DNA of 64,000 bases from Gammaproteobacteria bacterium (GCA_965215365.1 CBDCDS010000003.1:640001-704000); one strand, 5' to 3'. Positions 20,498-31,609 are shown, counted from the stretch's first letter. Notes: a model not told the origin generated them from the letters alone. Program-made: numbers and translations.

Positions 20498-21103
20498 ATG
20501 AAGCTGCGAGCAAAGCCGTTAATCATCATCCTGTGCGCGGTGTTTGCCCTGCCGCCGTTGTTGTCTTGGTACTTGTTCAACTATACGGATCTGGGCCAGA
20601 ACGCCACCGGTGGCGGGCAGCATGGAGTTCTGATTGTGCCGCCGCGCCCACTGCCTGACTGGCCGCTGATCAACCCGGCCAGCGAGCCGGCCAGCGACCC
20701 GGTCGCGCTCGGGCTGCACGGTAAATGGACGTTGCTGTCCCTGCTCGAGGGCGACTGCGCGCAAAGCTGTGCGCGCAGTCTGTACAAGATGCGCCAGCTG
20801 CGGCTGGCAACCGGCAAACACGCCCGGCGCGTACAGCGCGCGCTGCTGCCGGCCAATGGTGACCCGAACGCCCTGAGCCCGACCCAACTGCAGGAATATC
20901 CCGGCCAACTGCTGTTGCTGCCGGGGGCAGCTGACATCACCACTTGGTTTGCTCTGTCGGACGCAGACAACCCGTTTACGCCGGGCCGGCTGTACCTGAT
21001 CGACCCGCAGGGTAACCTGATGATGAGTTATGCCGACGCCACCGAACCCAAGGGTATCATCAAGGACCTGACCCGCCTGCTGAAGTATTCCCGGGGCGGA
21101 TGA
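20498..21103 (+). CDS. SCO/thioredoxin-like cytochrome oxidase assembly cluster protein
   Basis: N-terminal TM, CAQSC, YLIDPQGNLMM, KDLTRLLKYS; upstream of ctaA. Confidence 0.75.
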   Translation: MKLRAKPLIIILCAVFALPPLLSWYLFNYTDLGQNATGGGQHGVLIVPPRPLPDWPLINPASEPASDPVALGLHGKWTLLSLLEGDCAQSCARSLYKMRQLRLATGKHARRVQRALLPANGDPNALSPTQLQEYPGQLLLLPGAADITTWFALSDADNPFTPGRLYLIDPQGNLMMSYADATEPKGIIKDLTRLLKYSRGG

Positions 21104-22122
21104 ACAACACGCAGCCTGACAAAAACCGGGCGCCGGCGCGGGCGTTGTGGGCGCTGTCGCTCGGCGCGTTCCTGCTGGCCTATTGCGTAGTCATTCTGGG
21201 CGCTTATGTGCGGCTGTCTGACGCTGGCCTGGGCTGCCCGGACTGGCCTGGTTGTTACGGCGACCTGTTCGTGACGGAACAAACACAAGTGGTGGCAGCA
21301 CAACAGGCCGACGCGACGCGCCCCTTTAACAGGGACAAGGCCGTGAAGGAAATGGTGCACCGCTATGGCGCGGCACTGTTGGGTCTGTTGATCTTGGCGT
21401 TGGCGCTGCTGGCCTGGCGCCGCCGGCGCCCGGAAAAAGCCCTGTGTGGCATGCTGCTGGCGCTGGTGGTGCTGCAAGCCTTGCTGGGAATGTGGACGGT
21501 CACCGAGCTGCTCAAGCCGCTTATCGTTGCCGCTCACCTGTTGGGAGGCATGCTGATCCTGGGTCTGCTGTTCTGGCTGGTGTTGCAGCAGTGGCCGCGC
21601 GCCGCCCATGCGGAAAACCGGCGCAGTGCCAGACTGGCGCTGGCCGCGCTGGTCGTGCTCGGCGTGCAGCTGTTCACCGGCGGCTGGACCAGCGCCAACT
21701 ATGCGGCGTTGGTATGCCCGGAATTTCCCACCTGCCGGGACGGCGCCTACTGGCCGCAGACGGATTTCAGGGAAGCATTTGTGGTCTGGCGCAGCGGGGA
21801 GATTGACTACGAGGGCGGCATCTTGGAGGCCCCGGCGCGTACGGCCGTCCACCTGACCCATCGCCTAGGCGCACTGCTGACGTTGCTGGTGGTGCTGAGC
21901 GCGGCGCTGTATGCCTGGCGCCACGCCGGCCCTGCGGCGCGCGCGCCGGCGCTGGCCGTGGCGCTGGCCCTGTGCCTGCAAATCGGCTTGGGCATCGCCA
22001 ACGTGCTACTGCGCCTGCCGTTGCCCGTCGCCGTCGCCCACAATGCGGTGGCGGCGCTGTTAATGCTGTCTTTATTGACCTTGTACTGGCGCACCGCGCG
22101 GCGCCCGTCGCCGGAGAGCTGA
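21100..22122 (+). CDS. ctaA: Heme A synthase (COX15/CtaA)
   Basis: [31 protein letters not shown]. Confidence 0.93.
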   Translation: MNNTQPDKNRAPARALWALSLGAFLLAYCVVILGAYVRLSDAGLGCPDWPGCYGDLFVTEQTQVVAAQQADATRPFNRDKAVKEMVHRYGAALLGLLILALALLAWRRRRPEKALCGMLLALVVLQALLGMWTVTELLKPLIVAAHLLGGMLILGLLFWLVLQQWPRAAHAENRRSARLALAALVVLGVQLFTGGWTSANYAALVCPEFPTCRDGAYWPQTDFREAFVVWRSGEIDYEGGILEAPARTAVHLTHRLGALLTLLVVLSAALYAWRHAGPAARAPALAVALALCLQIGLGIANVLLRLPLPVAVAHNAVAALLMLSLLTLYWRTARRPSPES

Positions 22123-22123
22123 G

Positions 22124-23005
22124 ATGTTTCCATGGCGGGATTACTTGGCATTGTGCAAACCGAGAATCGTCGGCCTGATCGTGTTCACGGCGCTGGTAGG
22201 CATGTTACTCGCGGCCCCCGGCATGGTGGCTTTGCCGCTACTGCTCAGCGCCGTCGCCGGCATCGCGCTGGCCGCGGCGGCGGCGGCGGCGTTGAACCAT
22301 GTGGTTGATCAGAACATCGACGCGGTGATGGCACGCACACTGCAACGACCCCTGCCCAAGGGCAACTTGTCCACGCGCCAGGCGCTGGCATTCGCCGCGC
22401 TGCTCGGGGGCCTGTCCATGCTCATCTTGGGCCTTTGGGTTAACGCGCTGACCGCAGCTTTGACCTTTATCTCGCTGATCGGCTACGGCGTGATCTACTC
22501 CATGTTTTTAAAGCGCGCCACGCCGCAGAATATCGTCATCGGCGGCGCCGCCGGCGCGGCACCGCCGGTGCTGGGCTGGAGTTCGGTAAGCAACAGCCTG
22601 GACCCTCATGCGCTGCTGCTGTTCCTGATTATTTTCGCCTGGACGCCGCCGCATTTCTGGGCGTTGGCCATCGCCCGGCGCAAAGACTATGAAAATGCGG
22701 AGATTCCCATGCTGCCGGTCACCCACGGGCTGGCCTTCACCCGCTTGCACATCCTGCTATATACCTTGTTACTGTTCATCGTCACCTTGCTGCCCTACCT
22801 CACGGGCATGAGCGGCATTACCTACCTGTTGGCTGCGCTGGGTCTGGGGGGCGGGTTTCTTTATGTTGCCGGCAAACTGCTGCGTAGCGAAGATGAGACC
22901 ACAGCCATGCACACGTTCAGTTATTCGATATGGTACCTGATGGCGCTGTTCGCGGTGTTGCTGATAGACCACTACATACCCGCATTGGCGCGTCTGCTCG
23001 CATAG
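22124..23005 (+). CDS. cyoE: Protoheme IX farnesyltransferase
   Basis: [36 protein letters not shown]. Confidence 0.96.
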   Translation: MFPWRDYLALCKPRIVGLIVFTALVGMLLAAPGMVALPLLLSAVAGIALAAAAAAALNHVVDQNIDAVMARTLQRPLPKGNLSTRQALAFAALLGGLSMLILGLWVNALTAALTFISLIGYGVIYSMFLKRATPQNIVIGGAAGAAPPVLGWSSVSNSLDPHALLLFLIIFAWTPPHFWALAIARRKDYENAEIPMLPVTHGLAFTRLHILLYTLLLFIVTLLPYLTGMSGITYLLAALGLGGGFLYVAGKLLRSEDETTAMHTFSYSIWYLMALFAVLLIDHYIPALARLLA

Positions 23006-23014
23006 CGCACCGGG

Positions 23015-23866
<852 letters not shown>

Positions 23867-24022
23867 AACAGCGCCTCCACAGAGAGTTTAAGGAACCTCT
23901 AAAAATGCCAGCACATCGTTATGCTGCACAGCCACCGGCAACGCCGGCCGTTAATCGTTAAGCGCGTTGGCACAGGTTTTTAAGGGCACCGGCGCTACTC
24001 TAACGACATGGTCAAGCCCATT

Positions 24023-24049
24023 TTAGCACTCTTTTTGTCGGAGTGCTAA
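24023..24049. promoter_or_regulatory. CIRCE element (HrcA operator) upstream of rpoH
   Basis: TTAGCACTC-TTTTTGTCG-GAGTGCTAA, perfect consensus with a 9-nt spacer. Confidence 0.93.
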
Positions 24050-24067
24050 TATTTTTTTGAGGTGGCC

Positions 24068-24636
24068 TTAACCCGCAGATCTCACCCAGTCGCTTGTTGC
24101 CTTGTGAAACATGATTGCTTTCAATAAGTTATGATAATACTGCTGCTCTTTCCACCTAACCCACTGCGCTTGATGCGCCCTCGCTGGTCTTGGTGCTGCC
24201 TGCGGGCACGTGCTTGCTCAACCATAGCTACCGCTATGGTTTCGGTCGCAGGCACCCGCAGGCAGCACCAATCCGGCGCGATCTTCGCATCACTGGGTGA
24301 GATCTGCGGGTTAACCCGCAGATCTCACCCAGTCGCTTGTTGCCTTGTGAAACATGATTGCTTTCAATAAGTTATGATAATACTGCTGCTCTTTCCACCT
24401 AACCCACTGCGCTTGATGCGCCCTCGCTGGTCTTGGTGCTGCCTGCGGGCACGTGCTTGCTCAACCATAGCTACCGCTATGGTTTCGGTCGCAGGCACCC
24501 GCAGGCAGCACCAATCCGGCGCGATCTTCGCATCACTGGGTGAGATATGCGGGTTAACCCACAGATCTCACCCAGTCGCTTGTTGCCTTGTGAAACATGA
24601 TTGCTTTCAATAAGTTATGATAATACTGCTGCTCTT
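24068..24636 (+). repeat. Family B tandem array (two full 243-bp units plus one partial)
   Basis: Units start at TTAA 24068, 24311, 24554; each bounded by inverted ACCCGCAGATCTCACCCAGT. Confidence 0.92.
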
Positions 24637-24887
24637 TTTTGCGCCTGCGGGCACATATTCATTGCATCCATCCCCCGGCTCAACTCCATACCGGGGCAGG
24701 CTCCGGATGCAACCCTGCGGGCCGCCGCCGTGCACAAATTCGTCTGGAACGAATTTGGACAGCGCAGCTGGCCCCAACGGGGCAAACTGCAGGGAGGTAG
24801 TTGACTTAGGGCGCGCCGCAATGTACGCTGTTGAACATAGCAAGGACACTTCAAACTCACATCCACTGTCCTATCGAGAGGTCGGTC

Positions 24888-26141
24888 ATGACCACACCGT
24901 TCCCGCATGATTTCAGTGACGAACGCTACACCGAGGCACTGTTGGGCCTGTTCAAGCCCGGCACCGGCGTGGCCCCGCCCAAGCTCGCCGGGCGCGGTGA
25001 CGAGACGAAGGTCTTTGAGCGCCAGCTGTTGATCGACTTGCGCAGGGGATGCGCCCCGGCAGGGGACTTGGTGCTCTTCGGGCCGCGCGGCAACGGCAAG
25101 ACGGTGTTGCTCAAAGACTTAGAGCGGCGCGCGGGTGGGGCCGGGATCGGCGTGCTCGCGTTGCGCCCGGCTCAGCTCGACTCGCTGGAGGTGCTGCTCA
25201 GGACACTGTTACAGGCCGCCCCGACATTGCCCGATCCCGCCGTGCCGAACCGTTGGCTGTCGCGATGGAAAAACCCTCTGCGCCGAGGTGGCTTGGTGCT
25301 CGAGCGCCTGCGCGTGGGCGCGCCCGGGCTCCGAGCCGACCTCAGCGCAATCTCGGATGATGAGCTCAAAGTGCATGCTCAGCACTATCTGAGCGCGCGC
25401 TGTCGCGCACAACCGTTGTTAGTGACCGTGGATGAGGCGCATACGCTCGATATTGAGATCGGCCGGCGGCTGCTGAATCTCAGTGAGCAGCTGCGCGCGG
25501 ACGGGGTCCCATTCGTTCTCATCTTGGCCGGCACGCCTAATCTTGAAGCGCATCTGGGCAAGATGAGCGCCACCTTCTGGAGCCGCTCTGAGATCCAGCC
25601 CATTGGCCGGTTGAGCGCTGCGGCCACCGCGCAGGCCTTAACCGAGCCGCTCGGTGATTGGTCGGTGACTATCGAGCCCGATGCCTTGGGTAAGGTGGTC
25701 GATGACTCACAGTGTTACCCGTATTTTATTCAGCTTTGGGGGCGAGCGTTGTGTGGTGTCTTGGTCGAGCAGTTGCACAGCCATACGGTCACGGCAGCGC
25801 TCGTCGAGCAGGCCGCCCCCGCAGTCGCCGCGCGCTGCGAACGTTATTACGGCGAGCGCTATGAGGAGCTCAAAGAGCGTGGCCTGCTCGAGGCTGGCGC
25901 GCTCGTCGCTGGGTGTTTCGAGCAGTCCGAGCAGGTGCATGAAGCCGCGCTCGAGGCCGCGTTGCGCAAGGGGCTCGAGTTAGACGCCAAGGCGGCCACG
26001 GCAGCGCTCGATGAGATGGCGGCGTTGGGTTATCTCTGGCGCAAGACCACGGCGAACGATGACTTCGAGCCGGGCATTCCGTCGCTGATGACCCACGTGC
26101 AAGAGCGCCTGCGCGCCCGCGTCGCTCTTCCTCTGTATTGA
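24888..26141 (+). CDS. Standalone AAA+/P-loop ATPase of unknown function
   Basis: LAGR, Walker A GPRGNGKT, Walker [18 protein letters not shown]. Confidence 0.8.
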   Translation: MTTPFPHDFSDERYTEALLGLFKPGTGVAPPKLAGRGDETKVFERQLLIDLRRGCAPAGDLVLFGPRGNGKTVLLKDLERRAGGAGIGVLALRPAQLDSLEVLLRTLLQAAPTLPDPAVPNRWLSRWKNPLRRGGLVLERLRVGAPGLRADLSAISDDELKVHAQHYLSARCRAQPLLVTVDEAHTLDIEIGRRLLNLSEQLRADGVPFVLILAGTPNLEAHLGKMSATFWSRSEIQPIGRLSAAATAQALTEPLGDWSVTIEPDALGKVVDDSQCYPYFIQLWGRALCGVLVEQLHSHTVTAALVEQAAPAVAARCERYYGERYEELKERGLLEAGALVAGCFEQSEQVHEAALEAALRKGLELDAKAATAALDEMAALGYLWRKTTANDDFEPGIPSLMTHVQERLRARVALPLY

Positions 26142-26214
26142 ACCTGAACAGCTGCTTGCAGAGCCTGATTGTTTCTTCTACAATCAGCACCCGGCAATGA
26201 AACAAGGGCTAACG

Positions 26215-26415
26215 ATGAAAGTCAATATCCATCCCTCCTATCATAAAATCAAGGTGACATGCAGTTGCGGTAATACGTTCCTTACGCAGTCAACGTATTC
26301 GGGCGATTTGCATATTGAGGTGTGCTCGCTGTGCCATCCGTTTTATTCGGGCAAGCAGAAAATCCTGGATACGGCCGGACGCGTGGACAAGTTTAACCGT
26401 AAGTACAGTATGTGA
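26215..26415 (+). CDS. rpmE: 50S ribosomal protein L31 (Zn-binding type)
   Basis: MKVNIHPSY...CSCG...[13 protein letters not shown]...GRVDKF. Confidence 0.97.
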   Translation: MKVNIHPSYHKIKVTCSCGNTFLTQSTYSGDLHIEVCSLCHPFYSGKQKILDTAGRVDKFNRKYSM

Positions 26416-26521
26416 CGACGGGCGCGGATGCAGGCCATGGCGCTATCCAAGTTAGCATGATTTTTTGATTTTTATTCTAAGATAAAAAAGATAACTGCTT
26501 GTCAGAGTTGAATTTAATTTG

Positions 26522-26556
26522 TTATCCACATTTTCTGTGGATAACTTTGTGGATAC
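26522..26556. promoter_or_regulatory. DnaA-box triad in an AT-rich intergenic region
   Basis: TTATCCACA-5nt-TGTGGATAA-3nt-TGTGGATAC; fourth box TGTGCATAA at 26728-26736. Confidence 0.8.
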
Positions 26557-26921
26557 CGTAGCAGAGCACGCCTTGAAGTACTGATAATTACTGGCTATGT
26601 AACAAAACTGTTAAATTTTAGACACTTCGATAAAGTTTTTATCTTTCAAATAGTTAGCAACAAAGCTAGACGCTTTTGGCGCAGTGGCTGCCGCGTTGCG
26701 GCAAAAACCCCGCCAGTTGCCCTGATCTGTGCATAAAATTCCGTTTTGTGCGGGAGTGGAACTTTTTTTTACGGTCGCGGTCATACCAGTAATCAGGAAT
26801 TTACTCTTGGCTATCCTCGACAGGTGATGGCAAGCGAACCCCGGTCTTCCCAACCGGGTTATCTGGCCCCGGTGGACTCCTCCCCCTCACGACTCCGGGG
26901 CCAACCTTTTCCTGGCCGCTG

Positions 26922-26978
26922 GCCCGCATATCTCCAGGTGATGCGAAGGTCGCGCCGGATTGGTTCTGCCTGCGGGCT
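26922..26978. repeat. Family B truncated copy
   Basis: GCCCGCATATCTCC...GTGATGCGAAGGTCGCGCCGGATTGGTTCTGCCTGCGGG matches 18524-18580. Confidence 0.75.
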
Positions 26979-27561
26979 ATAACCACTCATCCAGCGTCTG
27001 GTACAATTCATCCAATCCCCGTTTTTTTGTGGCTGAGAACAACTGTATGCCGGTGTTGTCTCCAAGTTCGCGTGCGACCACCGTCAACGCCTGCGCGGCC
27101 GCGCTGCGGGGCAGCTTGTCGGCCTTGTTGAGCACCACCTGCGCCGGTAGCGCCCGGTCTGTGCACCAGCTCAGCAGTTGCCGATCGGGTTCGCCTAGGC
27201 CGCGCCGGATATCGACGATAAGCACCAGCCCGGTCAGGCATTGGCGTTGCGTCAGGTAGGTATTGATAAGCTGCCCCCAGTGTTGGCGCAGGTCATGCGG
27301 CGCTTTGGCGTAGCCGTAGCCCGGCAAATCCACCAGGCGCGTGTGGGCGTCAACGACAAAAAAATTAAGCTGCCGGGTGCGGCCTGGCTGGCGGCTGGTG
27401 TGGGCCAGATTTTTGCGGCGCGCAAGCGCATTCAGCACGCTGGACTTGCCGGCGTTGGAACGGCCGGCAAAGACCACTTCCTTCCCGGCATCGGCTGGCA
27501 GTTGCGTCAACAGGTGCGCGCTTTGCAGGTAAACCATGTTATGATAGCGACTGTGATTCAT
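26977..27561 (-). CDS. engB: GTP-binding protein EngB/YihA
   Basis: GRSNAGKSS, PGRT, DLPGYG, NKAD; likely start at ATG 27561. Confidence 0.95.
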   Translation of the reverse strand: MNHSRYHNMVYLQSAHLLTQLPADAGKEVVFAGRSNAGKSSVLNALARRKNLAHTSRQPGRTRQLNFFVVDAHTRLVDLPGYGYAKAPHDLRQHWGQLINTYLTQRQCLTGLVLIVDIRRGLGEPDRQLLSWCTDRALPAQVVLNKADKLPRSAAAQALTVVARELGDNTGIQLFSATKKRGLDELYQTLDEWL

Positions 27562-27632
27562 AAGTTTCGGCAACGCTGTCGCGGGGACATTTTTGGATGT
27601 TCCTGCAACTATAACACTTGAGGTCGCCCCGG

Positions 27633-28235
27633 ATGTTAAACAAACTGGTTTGTGGCTTGGTCCTGCTATCGCTGCCGCTGCCGCTGGTCGCCGCCGGCGA
27701 CGTACAGGCCGGCAAGCAAAAAGCAGCGACCTGTATTGCCTGCCATGGACCTGATGGCAACAGCGGCAACCCGACCTGGCCCAACCTGGCCGGCCAGCAC
27801 GCCGAATACATCCGTAAACAACTGCATGATTTTCGCGAAGGGCGCAGAAAAAATGACCAGATGTCGCCTTTCGCGGCGGCGCTGAGCGATCAGGATATCG
27901 CTGACCTCGCAGTGTATTATGCCAGTCTGACACCCAAAATCGGGCACGCGCAACTGCAATACCTAGAAGCAGGCGCGCGCCTGTATCGCGCCGGCGATGC
28001 CGCCAAGGGTATGGCGGCCTGTATGGCCTGCCACGGCCCGGCCGGCACCGGCAACCCTGCTGCGAACTATCCCAGAATCAACGCCCAGCATGCCGCCTAT
28101 ACGGAACTGCAACTGAAGGCGTTCAAGGCCGAAGCGCGCGCCAATGATCTCAACGGCGTCATGCGTGATATCGCCGGCCGCATGTCCAACGACAGTATCA
28201 AGGCCGTCGCCGATTACCTGCAAGGGTTGCACTGA
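27633..28235 (+). CDS. Diheme cytochrome c4
   Basis: Signal peptide and two CxxCH motifs; divergent from engB. Confidence 0.93.
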   Translation: MLNKLVCGLVLLSLPLPLVAAGDVQAGKQKAATCIACHGPDGNSGNPTWPNLAGQHAEYIRKQLHDFREGRRKNDQMSPFAAALSDQDIADLAVYYASLTPKIGHAQLQYLEAGARLYRAGDAAKGMAACMACHGPAGTGNPAANYPRINAQHAAYTELQLKAFKAEARANDLNGVMRDIAGRMSNDSIKAVADYLQGLH

Positions 28236-28282
28236 CGGTCAGTACCAGCCTGAACGCCGGGGTCAGAGCGAAAACCCACTGA

Positions 28283-28312
28283 AACAAGCGACTTGGTGAG
28301 ATATGCGGGTTA
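28283..28312. repeat. Solo family B terminal repeat overlapping the resB start
   Basis: AACAAGCGACTTGGTGAGATATGCGGGTTA. Confidence 0.75.
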
Positions 28313-30252
28313 AATCGGGGTTGCGCTTCCTCGGTTCCATGAATCTGGCCGTCACCTTGCTGGTGGCGCTGGCGCTGGCTTCTGTGATCGGCACCATTCT
28401 CAAACAGAACGAGCCCTACCAGAATTATATTGTCAAGTTTGGTCCATTCTGGCACAGCCTGTTCGAGCGGCTGGGTTTGTACGATATTTACTCCAGCAGC
28501 TGGTTCATCCTGATCCTCGCCTTTCTGGTAGCCAGCACCAGTATTTGCCTGTACCGTAACGGCCCCAGGATCATCGCCAGCGCGCGCCGCTATCAGGAGG
28601 ATATGCAGGAAGCGCAGCTGCTGAAGCTGCCGGATCACAGCCGTCACCAGACCCGGCTTGACCCTGATGAGACGGTTGCAAAGCTGGCGGGTTGCTTCCG
28701 GGACCTGGGTTTCAAGGTGCGGATCAAAGCGCGGGAAACGGGCGCGACGGTGGCGGCGATGAAGGGTGCCGGCAACCGTTTCGGTTATTTGTTTACCCAT
28801 TGCGCGGTGGTGATTATCTGTATCGGCGGCTTTCTCGACAGCAACGTGCCGCTTAAACTCAAGACCTTGCGCGGTGAATTGCAGGCAGAAACCCGGAATC
28901 TGCCCGTCAGTCAGATTCCCGCACACAGCAAGTTGCCGGTCACCAATACCTCGTTCCGCGCCAGCGTTTCCATACCGGAGGGGCGCGCCGCAGGGGCGGC
29001 CTTTGTCAACCTGGGTGCCGGCTACCTAGTGCAGCCGCTGCCGTTTGTGATCCTGCTGGAGGATTTCCGGGTGGAACACTACCCGAGCGGTCAACCCAAA
29101 TCCTTCGAAAGCGACCTGGTCATCCGCCACGGGAATCAGCGCGTCGAGCACACCATCGCGGTCAACCACCCGCTCACTTACCAGGGCTATACCATCTACC
29201 AGGCCAGCTTCGGCGACGGCGGCTCGAAGCTGGATTTCACGCTGCACGACCTGACTGCGCCGGGCACTCAGGTACATTCGCTGCGGGTCAATGAGGCGCT
29301 TGCCTTGGAGCACGGCGGGGAGACCTTGAACCTGGAAGCGGAGGAATTTCGCAAGTTCAACATCTTCCCCAACGAAGAGCCGGCCATAGACAAGGAATTC
29401 CGTGACTTCGGCCCCAGCATCAACTACAAACTGCGCCGCGCCGACGGGCGCGCCCATGAGTACCTCAACTACATGTACCCGATCACCCTGGAAGGCCGGG
29501 AATTCCTGTTGAGTGGGGTGCGTGCGCCGCCGGAGGAGGAATTTCGCTACCTGCATATCCCCGCCGCTGACGACGGTTCACCGGAGCGGTTCCTGGCACT
29601 GCTGAACCTGCTGCAGGATGAGCCCCGGCTGGCGCGCATTTATGCCGAACAACAGGCATTGCTGCTAGCGGGCAATACCCTGGACGACAACGTCACCGCG
29701 CAAGATGTCGCCCACGTTACCTTGCGGATTGTGCGCCTGTTCTTAGCTGGGGGGTTTGCAACACTGCAACAGCAAATCGACCCGGCCATGGACGAGGAGG
29801 CCGCCGATGCCGTGAACAGCGCATCCATGAAAATCCTGCGTTTCGGCTTGGAACAGGCATACCTGACCCTGCTGGCCGCTGCCGGCCTGGGCACTGCAGA
29901 GCTGTCCGACCGGGACTTGCAGTTCCTCAATGATGCCATTGTCACCCTGTCGGCCCTGCACCAGTACGGCTCCCCCTACTACCTGCAACTGACCGGTTTC
30001 GAACATGTGGAATCCTCAGGGCTGCAAATTGCCCGCGCCCCCGGCGCCAAGTGGGTCTATCTGGGCTTCACCCTGCTCAGCATCGGCGTATTCCTGCTGT
30101 TCTACGTACCCCACCAACGCCTGTGGGCGTGGGTCAAACCCGGCGCCGCCGGCACCGAAATAACGCTGGCCGGGACGCGCACACGCCATGCCCGCGATTT
30201 CAGTCGTTACTTCAAGCAGATTTCGCGTACAATAGCGGCAACGTTGAGCTGA
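28303..30252 (+). CDS. resB: Cytochrome c biogenesis protein ResB (system II)
   Basis: SMNLAVTLL...ASVIGT, IYSSSWF, VNHPL...IYQASF, SGLQIARAPG. Confidence 0.9.
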   Translation: MRVKSGLRFLGSMNLAVTLLVALALASVIGTILKQNEPYQNYIVKFGPFWHSLFERLGLYDIYSSSWFILILAFLVASTSICLYRNGPRIIASARRYQEDMQEAQLLKLPDHSRHQTRLDPDETVAKLAGCFRDLGFKVRIKARETGATVAAMKGAGNRFGYLFTHCAVVIICIGGFLDSNVPLKLKTLRGELQAETRNLPVSQIPAHSKLPVTNTSFRASVSIPEGRAAGAAFVNLGAGYLVQPLPFVILLEDFRVEHYPSGQPKSFESDLVIRHGNQRVEHTIAVNHPLTYQGYTIYQASFGDGGSKLDFTLHDLTAPGTQVHSLRVNEALALEHGGETLNLEAEEFRKFNIFPNEEPAIDKEFRDFGPSINYKLRRADGRAHEYLNYMYPITLEGREFLLSGVRAPPEEEFRYLHIPAADDGSPERFLALLNLLQDEPRLARIYAEQQALLLAGNTLDDNVTAQDVAHVTLRIVRLFLAGGFATLQQQIDPAMDEEAADAVNSASMKILRFGLEQAYLTLLAAAGLGTAELSDRDLQFLNDAIVTLSALHQYGSPYYLQLTGFEHVESSGLQIARAPGAKWVYLGFTLLSIGVFLLFYVPHQRLWAWVKPGAAGTEITLAGTRTRHARDFSRYFKQISRTIAATLS

Positions 30253-30349
30253 ATACGCGTCATGTCATGAACCGCGCCACAGAAACCATGAGTGCCCATA
30301 CCCTCACTGACCACGCCGCCCTTGTGGCAAACAGGCGGCGTTCATTTCA

Positions 30350-30500
30350 GGCAACCTCTAAAAATGCCCTCCGTGGCATTTTTAGAGACGGAAACGAAAA
30401 AGTATGATTTTTCGTTTCCTTCATTTTCAAGCACTGACGTGCTTAAAAATGGCAGCACATCCTTATGCTGCACGGGCGCCTCTAATGTTTAGAGGCGCCC
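30350..30500. mobile_element. Family A miniature element inserted in the 5' end of ccsB
   Basis: Ends GGCAACCTCTAAAAA / TTTAGAGGCGCCC; internal identity to 48176-48393. Confidence 0.85.
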
Positions 30501-31609
30501 TGCAGGCAGCCGATTACCTGTGGGGCGCGCTGTTGCTGGTCGGGGTAGTTTTTGTCTATGCCAGTTACCGGCATGCCATGAACGGCTATGAGTGGGTGAT
30601 ATTCGCTGGCACTACGCTGGCACTGGGTTACGCCGGCAGCGTCTGGCCGCAGCTCCGGCGCCTGCTGCTGGTCGTGGTCACGCTGGCGCTGCTCGCCATC
30701 CATTTGTACGGCGCCGACCTGGGGCGGGGTGAAGAGCGGTTCCTGTTACAGTATTTTCTCGCCAGCCAGTCCGCCATTATGTGGATGAGCGCGCTGTTCG
30801 TGCTGGCAACTTTGAGTTATTTCCTGGCCCTGTTTAGCGGTTCGGAATTTCCCGGCGCGGTCGCAACCGGGCTGACCTGGTGCGGCGCCGGCATGGGCCT
30901 GGTCGGGATGCTGGTGCGCTGGCATGAATCCTACCTGCTCAGCCCGGAGGTGGGTCATATCCCGGTCAGCAACCTGTATGAAGTGTTTATCCTGTTCTGC
31001 GTCACCACTGCCATCATCTACCTGCATTATGAAAAACGCTACCGCACGCGCGCACTGGGCGGCTTTGTGTTGCTGGTGATCGCCGCCGCCATCGGTTTTC
31101 TGCTGTGGTACACCTTCGACCAGGGCGCCCACGAAATACAACCGCTGGTGCCGGCCTTACAGAGTTACTGGATGAAGATCCACGTACCGGCCAATTTCGT
31201 CGGCTACGGCTGTTTCAGCATCGCCGCCATGCTGGGTCTGGCTTACCTGGCCAAGGGTGACGATGCCAGCCCGCGCCCGTTGCTGGCGCGCCTGCCGGCC
31301 CGCGCCGAGATAGACGACATGATGTACAAGGCCATTGCTTTGGGCTTTGCCTTTTTTACCCTCGCCACCATCTTAGGTTCGTTATGGGCGGCCGAAGCCT
31401 GGGGCGGGTATTGGTCCTGGGACCCTAAGGAAACTTGGGCGCTGATCGTGTGGCTGAACTACGCCGCCTGGCTGCATGTGCGTATCAGCAAAAACTGGCA
31501 GGGTGCGGCCATGGCGGCCTGGGCCATTGTCGGCCTGTTCGTGACCCTGTTCGCGTTCTTAGGCGTCAACATGTTTCTTTCCGGCTTACATTCCTATGGT
31601 GAACTTTAG
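30404..31609 (+). CDS. ccsB: Cytochrome c assembly protein CcsB/ResC (start altered by the insertion)
   Basis: WWD motif WAAEAWGGYWSWDPKETW; HIPVSNLYE; GLHSYG. Confidence 0.9.
   Translation: MIFRFLHFQALTCLKMAAHPYAARAPLMFRGALQAADYLWGALLLVGVVFVYASYRHAMNGYEWVIFAGTTLALGYAGSVWPQLRRLLLVVVTLALLAIHLYGADLGRGEERFLLQYFLASQSAIMWMSALFVLATLSYFLALFSGSEFPGAVATGLTWCGAGMGLVGMLVRWHESYLLSPEVGHIPVSNLYEVFILFCVTTAIIYLHYEKRYRTRALGGFVLLVIAAAIGFLLWYTFDQGAHEIQPLVPALQSYWMKIHVPANFVGYGCFSIAAMLGLAYLAKGDDASPRPLLARLPARAEIDDMMYKAIALGFAFFTLATILGSLWAAEAWGGYWSWDPKETWALIVWLNYAAWLHVRISKNWQGAAMAAWAIVGLFVTLFAFLGVNMFLSGLHSYGEL

Noticed and set aside
24131-24613. Duplicated 79-aa ORFs, and similar ORFs at 18485-18706
   Set aside because: They are translations of the family B repeat unit, with no coding hallmarks
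27562-27933. N-terminal extensions of engB, pfk, bioB, mnmG and gyrB in the ORF track
   Set aside because: They overlap divergent genes or promoters; downstream starts match the family N-termini
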